Virus record (IMG/VR): IMGVR_UViG_3300022542_000213
Coordinates: 1 to 51,323 of that record
Strand: one strand, 5' to 3'
DNA: 51,323 nt
Source of the DNA: a virus
Lineage: Duplodnaviria; Caudoviricetes
The translations under genes were made by a program, and so were the position numbers. Positions 43,844 to 51,323 of the stretch are shown here, piece by piece (the first letter of the stretch is position 1; each line of letters opens with the position of its first letter). The notes under the pieces were generated by a model. It saw only the letters and a list, made by a program, of their open reading frames with translations, had not been told where the DNA came from and did not search any database.

Positions 43844-44781
43844 CAAAATTAAATTTACCAAATGGAGTTGTAAATGCAGGACTTACTGCAATTGGAGCTA
43901 GTTCACTTTTTACAACAGGTAAAACTTGGTACGTACAAGCAACAACAGGAGCTGACGGAAATGTAGGAGATGATTCTTCTTTACCTAAAGCTTCAATAAA
44001 CGGAGCTATTGCAGCAGCAAGGGCAGACAAAGGAGACGTTATTATCGTAATGCCTGGTCATGCAGAAACTGTAACAGCTACAAGTATAGTACTTAGCAAA
44101 GCAGATATAAAAATCGTTTGTCTAGGAAATGGAAGAAATACTCCAATCTTTACACTTAACGCAGCTACTTCAACTATCACAGTTTCAGCAGCAGATGTTT
44201 CATGGTATGGTGGAATCTTCGAAGCAACTAAATTAGATGTTGCATCAGCATTCACACTTTCAACAGCAAAGAACTTTACACTAGATGGTGGATTATTCAA
44301 TGATACCTCAGCTATCTTGAACTTCCTATCTATTGTAACTACAAATGCTACAGACAATGCAGCAGATGACCTTACTGTAAATGGAAATACATGGTATGGA
44401 TTAAACCTAGTTACGCCTCTTGCGTTCCTATCTATCCTTGCCGCACAAGTACGACCAACATTCACTAACAACAAGATGTTCCACAAGTGTACAGCTGGTG
44501 GAGAAATGATTACACTAGCAGCAAAGGTTGTTACTGGAGCAAACTTTAGTTTCAACAATCAAAATGTTGTTGGAGCAACAGGTACAACTACAGGAATCTT
44601 CCTTACAGGAAGTAGTACAACTAACACAGGTATTGTAGAAGGAAACAGAAGTTCCTCTCTAGATACAACAACTGAGCTTATGTTCACAGCAGGAACAAAA
44701 CTTACTTTCTTCGATAACCTTTATACAGGTGTTGCAGATAAGTCAGGATACATTCTTCCAGCTATTGACTCAGCGGCTTAA
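43837..44781 (+). CDS. Beta-helix virion decoration protein
   Basis: TWYV...GADGN.G...PKASI..AI...GDVIIVMPGHAE cap followed by beta-helix-like repeats. Confidence 0.7.
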   Translation: MLTKLNLPNGVVNAGLTAIGASSLFTTGKTWYVQATTGADGNVGDDSSLPKASINGAIAAARADKGDVIIVMPGHAETVTATSIVLSKADIKIVCLGNGRNTPIFTLNAATSTITVSAADVSWYGGIFEATKLDVASAFTLSTAKNFTLDGGLFNDTSAILNFLSIVTTNATDNAADDLTVNGNTWYGLNLVTPLAFLSILAAQVRPTFTNNKMFHKCTAGGEMITLAAKVVTGANFSFNNQNVVGATGTTTGIFLTGSSTTNTGIVEGNRSSSLDTTTELMFTAGTKLTFFDNLYTGVADKSGYILPAIDSAA

Positions 44782-44847
44782 TCTAATGAGTTTGCCAGTA
44801 CTCTTGAACTGGTTGCCTTCGGGCTATTACAAACTAATCGATAATAT

Positions 44848-45144
44848 ATGAAAGTAACTAACACAACAGAAAATTCAATCACAGTTATGTTAACTGGAAA
44901 AGAATATACTGTAGATGCAGATTCTACAATTTCAGGTGTACCTACAAAGGATGCTAAATATTGGCAAGAATCTCTACATAACTTCATTATTCTTTCAGAA
45001 GAAGATACAGTTTCAGTAGAAGAAACAGTAGAAGAAGTAAATGAGGAAGTTAAAGAAGAAGTAGTAGAAGAGGTTAAAGAAGAAGAGAAAGAAGAACCTA
45101 AGAAAGCTACTAAAAAGACTACTAAAAAAGTAACTAAAAAATAA
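44848..45144 (+). CDS. Small protein with Glu-rich/Lys-rich tail
   Basis: Typical post-capsid small gene. Confidence 0.6.
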   Translation: MKVTNTTENSITVMLTGKEYTVDADSTISGVPTKDAKYWQESLHNFIILSEEDTVSVEETVEEVNEEVKEEVVEEVKEEEKEEPKKATKKTTKKVTKK

Positions 45145-45146
45145 TT

Positions 45147-45818
45147 ATGGCAGGAGGACTATATTACCCAAATCAATGTGTATCCGATTTAATCGGTAGC
45201 ACAAGTACAACAGGAGCAATTACAGCCGTAGCTCTTACTGATTATTATGATTTAGATGGAGATACAACTAAAGCTATTGAGACAGGTTCAATGTCAAAAA
45301 TGGAACTTGTAGCTCAATATACAGCAGGAGCTGGAGAAACATCTAATTCATTACAAATTGTTGTTGAAGCAAGTGATGATGGAGTTAATTATTACAGACT
45401 CTTAAACGAATCTGTATCAGACGGTACATCAACACTTACTCAAAGAGAATTTACAGTGGCTCAAGTTACAACTTATGGTACACTTGGATATGATGCTGAA
45501 GCAGCACCATTCACAGTTGGACTAAAAGTAACTGGTGCTGGAGGAGCAACAGGATATGTTGAAGTTGATACTGAAATTGTAGCTGGGACATCAGGTACAT
45601 TAACATTATCAAATGTTACAGGAGTTTTCGTTAATGATGAAAACATAACTGATTCAGGCTCAGGAGACGCAACAGTAAACGGAATCTTAACATCAATAAC
45701 TAATATATCACTACCACTAGATATTTCTAATCTATATCATAGAATTTCTGTTAAAGAAACAGGAGTTGCCTCAAACGCAGGTACAATCTATGTAGGTTCA
45801 GTATTAGGAGGTAGATAA
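45147..45818 (+). CDS. Virion structural protein
   Basis: VEASDDGVNYY jelly-roll-like motif with inserted beta domain. Confidence 0.55.
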   Translation: MAGGLYYPNQCVSDLIGSTSTTGAITAVALTDYYDLDGDTTKAIETGSMSKMELVAQYTAGAGETSNSLQIVVEASDDGVNYYRLLNESVSDGTSTLTQREFTVAQVTTYGTLGYDAEAAPFTVGLKVTGAGGATGYVEVDTEIVAGTSGTLTLSNVTGVFVNDENITDSGSGDATVNGILTSITNISLPLDISNLYHRISVKETGVASNAGTIYVGSVLGGR

Positions 45819-45823
45819 AAACT

Positions 45824-46570
45824 ATGGCACAAAAACCCAAGAAACAAATAAAGCACGATAATCTCGATGCTCAAATTACAGTAATGAAAGAAGAGCTTGG
45901 TGTTGTCAATAAAGAGTTAGGAGAAAAACTAACAGAGAAAGACTCATTAACTAATGAGTGTGTTTCTCGTTTAGAAGAACTTTCTAAAGTAAATACAGAA
46001 TTAGAAGATAAGAAAGCATGGGTTCTAGAACAAAAAAGAAAGTTTCGACAAAAGAATAATGACCTAATTGAAAGAGAAAATAATATAGAAAGAAACGAAC
46101 TTACTTCTAAGAAGAAGATAGGAGTTGAACAGAAGTTACATAAAGAAGAAACTCTTAATTTAAGAATAGAGAAAGACCAATTAGATAACATAATCTTTTT
46201 GAAAGAGGATAACTTAGCTATTTTAACAAGTAAATTAAAAGACTTAAAGGAAATAGAAGATAATTTATCTAAGAATCTAAAAGAAAAGGTTAGAGAAAAT
46301 CTATTACTTGAAAGTGAAATTGCCTTCAATAAAGACAAGATAGGAAAGGATATTATCAATTACGATAAACAACTGGAAAGAAAGGAAAAGAAATTAATTG
46401 AAATAGAAACTAAGATATTAGAGAATCAGCAATTGATTGAAGAACCAACTAGAAACTTAAAAGAATCAAATAGACGACTAAACCTAAAGAAGAAGAACTT
46501 AGATGTTATGATTATGAGATTTAATAAAACATTTAAGAAACATTATCCAAATCAAGAATTAAAACTATAA
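45824..46570 (+). CDS. Long coiled-coil protein
   Basis: E/K/L heptads throughout. Confidence 0.65.
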   Translation: MAQKPKKQIKHDNLDAQITVMKEELGVVNKELGEKLTEKDSLTNECVSRLEELSKVNTELEDKKAWVLEQKRKFRQKNNDLIERENNIERNELTSKKKIGVEQKLHKEETLNLRIEKDQLDNIIFLKEDNLAILTSKLKDLKEIEDNLSKNLKEKVRENLLLESEIAFNKDKIGKDIINYDKQLERKEKKLIEIETKILENQQLIEEPTRNLKESNRRLNLKKKNLDVMIMRFNKTFKKHYPNQELKL

Positions 46571-47247
46571 TGAAGAATTTAGATCAAATTAAAAAACAAA
46601 TGTCAAGTATTGTCAATACTAATATTGATAATATTATTGATGAAATTTCTAATCTTTCTTCTGACCTAGAATCTGTTAATTTAGAATTAAAAGATAAACA
46701 ATCTCAATTTATTGATTTAAACAATGAATATGATAGAGTATCTAAAGAACTTAAAAATGAGAAGCAAGAAATTGATAGAGACCGTGGAAATCTTAAAGCT
46801 GAAGAAAATCAACTTACAAGTTCTAAAGTTAAGTTAGAAAAAGAAAAGAATGAATTATCATCTACTATTAGCTCTATGGAGACAGTTATCAAATCTTTGG
46901 AATCTAAGAAAAAGAGATTAGAATCAACAAGTAAGACAGTTGATACTTTAACTACTATAAAAGAAAGTCTTGAAAAAGATATTCAAGAATTGAAACTTAA
47001 TTTACAAGAAGATACAGAAGAACATAATAAGATTATTAAACTTCAATCTGAAGAAGTTAAAGAACTAGATAAAGAAGTAACTAAGTTACAAGAGGATAAA
47101 AAGAAAGAATTAGCTAGAGTTATTCCTAAGATGGAAGAACTAGAATTAAAAGAAAAACGACTGAAAGATAAGGAGGATGGATTAGCTATTATTAAAAAAC
47201 GTTATAAGAAATTATACGGAGATAAAGGAGTAGGATTTAAAGTTTAA
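46570..47247 (+). CDS. Long coiled-coil protein
   Basis: E/K/L heptads throughout; TAATG overlap. Confidence 0.65.
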   Translation: MKNLDQIKKQMSSIVNTNIDNIIDEISNLSSDLESVNLELKDKQSQFIDLNNEYDRVSKELKNEKQEIDRDRGNLKAEENQLTSSKVKLEKEKNELSSTISSMETVIKSLESKKKRLESTSKTVDTLTTIKESLEKDIQELKLNLQEDTEEHNKIIKLQSEEVKELDKEVTKLQEDKKKELARVIPKMEELELKEKRLKDKEDGLAIIKKRYKKLYGDKGVGFKV

Positions 47248-47260
47248 TTAAAATAATAAA

Positions 47261-49900
47261 TTGACATTTTTTTCACCACAAAACCCTGGAATAGGTGGTC
47301 TTGATGAATTAACACCAGCAGAGGAAGCTTTTCTTACAAGTCTAGCTGGACTACCTTATTCTGAAGGAGATACATTATATTATACAGGAGGTTTTCTAAC
47401 AAACCTTGGTATTGGAAGTCCTGGAGAAGGGCTTGTTGTTAATTCTGGTGGAACAGCACCTGAATGGTCTACTTCTGTTACAGAAATAGCTATAGGAGAA
47501 ACTATAGGTAGTGCCACAGAAGGTTCTGTTTTATTTGCTGGAGTAGGTGGTATTTTGGCCCAAGACAACGCAAACCTATTTTGGGACGATACTAATGATA
47601 AGTTGGGTCTAGGAACTAATAGCCCAGCAAGTCTTTTACATATTAAAGGAGGTAATGGTGGTTACGACCCAACAACAAGAAACTTAGGTCTATATTTTGA
47701 GAATGGAGGTTCAAGTGATGCTTTCTATATTTTTGAAATGTCTAATGGTTTAGAGAAAATATTTAGTGTTGCTAATTCAGGTAGAACAAGAGTTTCTTCA
47801 AGATTAACATCAATCTTAGATAATCAGTTTGAGATTGGATATAACGATTCAGCCTTCTTAGGTTTCTTTGTTGATGCTTCTTCTAATGTAGATATTACAT
47901 TGAATAACACTACTGATGTAATGTATTTTGACGGAGCTACTGGAGATGTAGGTATTAACCAAACAACTCCTCTTGCTAAACTTCACATCAAAGACCTAAC
48001 TGCGAACACAACCACAGCAATATTTGAAAATGCTAATACAACAATTGCCCCTGCAACTATTGGAGGAGTAGAACTTTATAATGTTACTGACTCAGCTACA
48101 CTTGGAGAGAATGTAATAAAAAGCACATTTTATGACTCCGTAGATGAGGTAGATAGGTTTGGTGGTGCTATTTTCTTTGAACAGTCTGGAGACTGGACTG
48201 GTTCAGGAACATCTGCTAAAGATTCTGTTATGAGATTCACTACTGTAAGAAATGGTGGTATTATTGAGGGTCTAACAATAACTAGTGATGGAGATGTTGG
48301 AATACATAACCCATCTCCTGTTTCAAACCTAGACCTTATTGGAACTATGAGAGTATCGGGTACTGGTAGCTATTTAGCATTTAAAGATGATGCAGGTGCG
48401 TTTCTATCTGCTAACCCAACATTTGCTCTAATTTTATCTTCTACTGTTAATCAAGGACAAGTATCTGCCTATGATGATTTAATTCTTGAATCAGTAGTAG
48501 GTGATGTTTTAATACCCACAGGGAATGTAGGTATAGGAACAACTTTACCAACTGAAAAATTTGAAGTATCTGATTCTGACCCAGTTATTAGATTAACAGA
48601 TACAAGAAATCTTACTTGGACAGGAGGTACACAAATAGGAGCTATTGAATATTATTCTGCTGACCCTTCGTTTGCATCAGTAGTAGCTAAAATTCAAGCA
48701 ATAAGTAGTGAAACTAGCACTGGAGGTTATGCTGATGGAGATTTAGCTTTTATAACAAGAGAAGCTGGTAGTGTATCTGAAAAGATGCGTATTCTTAGTA
48801 CTGGAAATGTAGGTATAGGTACAGATACTCCTGAACAAAAAGTACATTTATATAATGATTTTTTTACTTATATGAAGATTGAATCTAATACAAGTAATGC
48901 TGGTGTTTACCTTGATAGTAGCAACGACAGTGCAATTATATTTCAGAGAGATGGAGTCTCAAAATTCATATCAGGAACAAATGCTGGATTTAATGATTCT
49001 TTTATTATAGGTTCAAGTATAAATGTTCCTTATTTACTAATTGATAGAAGTACAGGTGGAAGAGTTGGTATTGGTACTGGGTCAGATGTTCCATCAGCTA
49101 AACTACATCTTAAACCATTACAAGCGACTGAAATAGTTCAAATAATTGAGGGCGTGGCTTCTCAATCAGCAGATTATTTAAATATAAATACAGTTGGAGC
49201 TACTGGTGGAGATGTATTTACTGTTCAGGCTGATGGAAATGTAGGAATAGGAGTAACTACACCTGCTACCAAACTTCATATTGATGGAGCATTCACAGTT
49301 AATGAGTTATCAGCAGACCCAACAGACCCAGCAGAGGGGAGTGCTGTATTTTGGAAAAGTGATGGAACTGGTACAGGTGATGATGGTGATTTACTTTATA
49401 TGGAGCAATCAGCAAGTACAGTTTCAACAGGTTCTCTTAAGTGGAAAGATTTTGCTCCAACAACTGTAACTGTAAATACTGGTACAATAGTTACTGGAGA
49501 TGTTACAGATACTCAAGTTATGTTTGATGGAAATGAATTAGTTGTAGATGAAGTTACAGGAGTACCAGGTTTTGATATAGAATTTGCTTTTACTAATGTT
49601 GATAGAATACCATCATTTGTTGTAGCTAGATGGAAGTATGATGGTTCAGCAACTCACTGGGTAACAGTAGATATATGGAATTATATTACAACTGCTTGGG
49701 ACGAATTAAGAGTATTTAGTAATTCAAATGCTTTCTTTGATAGTCTTACTATGTATATTCCTAGAGTTAGTAATGGAAATTATGTTGATGGAAGCGGAAA
49801 TTCAAAAGTAAGATTTTATCATATAACATCAGGAAATGCGGCACACGATATACATATTGATTATGTTGGTCTTGCACATTCATTACAAGGAGTAGTTTAA
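47261..49900 (+). CDS. Tail fibre / receptor-binding protein 1
   Basis: Repeated G(N/D)VGIGT..P...L units; N-terminal anchor shared with 50314; TTG start. Confidence 0.8.
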   Translation: MTFFSPQNPGIGGLDELTPAEEAFLTSLAGLPYSEGDTLYYTGGFLTNLGIGSPGEGLVVNSGGTAPEWSTSVTEIAIGETIGSATEGSVLFAGVGGILAQDNANLFWDDTNDKLGLGTNSPASLLHIKGGNGGYDPTTRNLGLYFENGGSSDAFYIFEMSNGLEKIFSVANSGRTRVSSRLTSILDNQFEIGYNDSAFLGFFVDASSNVDITLNNTTDVMYFDGATGDVGINQTTPLAKLHIKDLTANTTTAIFENANTTIAPATIGGVELYNVTDSATLGENVIKSTFYDSVDEVDRFGGAIFFEQSGDWTGSGTSAKDSVMRFTTVRNGGIIEGLTITSDGDVGIHNPSPVSNLDLIGTMRVSGTGSYLAFKDDAGAFLSANPTFALILSSTVNQGQVSAYDDLILESVVGDVLIPTGNVGIGTTLPTEKFEVSDSDPVIRLTDTRNLTWTGGTQIGAIEYYSADPSFASVVAKIQAISSETSTGGYADGDLAFITREAGSVSEKMRILSTGNVGIGTDTPEQKVHLYNDFFTYMKIESNTSNAGVYLDSSNDSAIIFQRDGVSKFISGTNAGFNDSFIIGSSINVPYLLIDRSTGGRVGIGTGSDVPSAKLHLKPLQATEIVQIIEGVASQSADYLNINTVGATGGDVFTVQADGNVGIGVTTPATKLHIDGAFTVNELSADPTDPAEGSAVFWKSDGTGTGDDGDLLYMEQSASTVSTGSLKWKDFAPTTVTVNTGTIVTGDVTDTQVMFDGNELVVDEVTGVPGFDIEFAFTNVDRIPSFVVARWKYDGSATHWVTVDIWNYITTAWDELRVFSNSNAFFDSLTMYIPRVSNGNYVDGSGNSKVRFYHITSGNAAHDIHIDYVGLAHSLQGVV

Positions 49901-49919
49901 TAATTAACAAAATAATAAT

Positions 49920-50183
49920 ATGTTTACAATAGGAACAAAAACAATAATAGCAGGTAAAGTTTCAAAAGGAGCTTGGGCTTGGGGTTACAGAACAGTTATA
50001 GATAACCCTGAATTTAGAGGAGAGGAAGGAACAGAAACAATAACTAACCCTCAAACAGAAGCAGAGTTTCTTGAGGAAATTTTGATTACAGAAACAAAGA
50101 GAAGATACCAGAAAAGAAAATCAAACGAAGGAGCAAACGAAGGTCGTTTAGAAGCAATAGCATCTCCAGATTACACATTTTAA
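49920..50183 (+). CDS. Small fibre-associated protein
   Basis: 87 aa directly after the fibre; NPQTEAEF motif. Confidence 0.55.
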   Translation: MFTIGTKTIIAGKVSKGAWAWGYRTVIDNPEFRGEEGTETITNPQTEAEFLEEILITETKRRYQKRKSNEGANEGRLEAIASPDYTF

Positions 50184-50272
50184 TTATGCCTAAAAACCCC
50201 ACAAATGAAACACTTAAAAGAAGAGATGATAAATTGATGGAGTAATAACAGAGTAATAACTTACGTAAGTAA

Positions 50273-50301
50273 TTGACAATTAATAGAAAATATGTTAGAA
50301 T
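50273..50301 (+). promoter_or_regulatory. Sigma70-type promoter
   Basis: TTGACA-17-(TG.)TAGAAT. Confidence 0.75.
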
Positions 50302-50313
50302 ACAAGAAATAAT

Positions 50314-51323
50314 ATGAGTTTTAGAGATGTAAATAACCCAGGCATAGGAGGACTGGATGAAATAACCGATGCAGAAGCACTATTTCTGCAAAACTTAACA
50401 AACTTAGCTTATGCTCAGGGTGATATTTTATATCATGATGGTAGTGATTTAGTAAGATTACCTAAAGGAACTGGGTTACAACAATTTAGAATGAATGCTG
50501 GTGCTACAGCTCCTGAATGGGCAGCAGCCGCAGGAGGAGGAGACTTACTAGCTGACGGTACAGTACCATTAACAGCTAACTGGGATGTTGGAGCGTTCAC
50601 AATAACAGGTACACAATTCATTTCTGACATAGCAATAGGTACAGCACCTTTCGTGGTTACATCCACAACAGTAGTTACAAATCTTAATGCTAGTACATTA
50701 GAAGGAAATGCAGCCGCAGCCTTTGCTACAGCAGCACAAGGTTCTACAGCAGACTCAGCACTACAATCACTTGCAGGAGCAGTTCTTACAGACCAAACAG
50801 TAGGACAAACAATAGGTTTAACAGGAGCAAGGTTAACTAAACTTTGGGCGACAGATATTACGGTAACAAATGCAATAACAGGTTCTATTACAGGAAATGC
50901 GGGCACAGTTACTACAATAACAGGTCTTGCCCCAGACACAGCAACTACACAAGCCACACAGGCTTCTATTACTACATGTGCTAACTTAGTCACAGTAGGT
51001 ACAGTAACAACAGGTAATGTAGATGCAGTAGTTTCAGCTTCGTCTGTAACAACAGCAGGTAAGGTAGAGTTAGCAACAACAGCAGAAATTGATACAGGAA
51101 CTGATAGCACAAGAACTATGCCAGTAGACCAATTCGTAGCATCTAAAAGAAATATAAGATGGTTAGTATTTAATTTAGTTGAAGCAGCTACAGATTGTGC
51201 TACAGCAACTAATATTGCAGGAGACTTTATCTCACCTATCGCTGGTACAATACTACAAAGTGATTCAACACCATTCTATCTATATGCTACTAACTCAACA
51301 GCAGGAACAACAGGAACTATGGT
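50314..51323 (+). CDS. Tail fibre / receptor-binding protein 2 (runs off window end; not in ORF track)
   Basis: MSFRDVNNPGIGGLDEITDAEALFL...TAPEW...GKVELATTAEI...AGTTGTMV, no stop before the end. Confidence 0.8.
   Translation, partial: MSFRDVNNPGIGGLDEITDAEALFLQNLTNLAYAQGDILYHDGSDLVRLPKGTGLQQFRMNAGATAPEWAAAAGGGDLLADGTVPLTANWDVGAFTITGTQFISDIAIGTAPFVVTSTTVVTNLNASTLEGNAAAAFATAAQGSTADSALQSLAGAVLTDQTVGQTIGLTGARLTKLWATDITVTNAITGSITGNAGTVTTITGLAPDTATTQATQASITTCANLVTVGTVTTGNVDAVVSASSVTTAGKVELATTAEIDTGTDSTRTMPVDQFVASKRNIRWLVFNLVEAATDCATATNIAGDFISPIAGTILQSDSTPFYLYATNSTAGTTGTM

Noticed and set aside
45824-47247. Coiled-coil pair as tape measure or SMC-like protein
   Set aside because: Too short, no TM/aromatic repeats, no ATPase motifs, no tail tube or chaperone genes
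50433-51110. 225-aa minus-strand ORF
   Set aside because: Antisense shadow of the plus-strand fibre gene; the same applies to 41244-41741, 44058-44558, 45871-46359 and other antisense track ORFs
1-51323. Stop-codon reassignment (code 15 or 25)
   Set aside because: Conserved genes are intact and densely packed under code 11

Overview
Near-complete, circularly permuted, AT-rich tailed dsDNA phage genome of about 51 kb, most likely podovirus-like (portal, adaptor, nozzle and ejection-type proteins; no tape measure, tube or sheath recognised). The + strand arm (35476-51323 continuing into 1-9458) encodes terminase, portal, scaffold, capsid, fibres and tail/ejection proteins. The - strand arm (9587-34744) encodes GroES/GroEL, a metallophosphoesterase, amidase and SLT lysins, NinG, a PD-(D/E)XK exonuclease, an MT-A70 methylase, an intein-containing primase-helicase with a separately encoded CHC2 zinc finger, an EndoVII-type nuclease, PNK/phosphatase, an atypical tRNA(GAA), and a phiEco32-like ATP-grasp/amidoligase/glutamine-amidotransferase set. 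No DNA polymerase, integrase or CRISPR array was recognised. Sigma70-type promoters with SD-less or leaderless starts suggest a Patescibacteria (CPR)-like host (inference only). The most unusual content is non-coding: a ~470-nt nested-helix RNA behind a small basic protein (31372-32340); at least four more intergenic RNAs with long closing stems; an island of SD-led Cys-rich microproteins in an otherwise SD-less genome; DnaA-box-coupled promoters; and a composite palindromic site repeated 21 kb apart. All pairings, motifs and family assignments were read by eye; no folding or database search was run.
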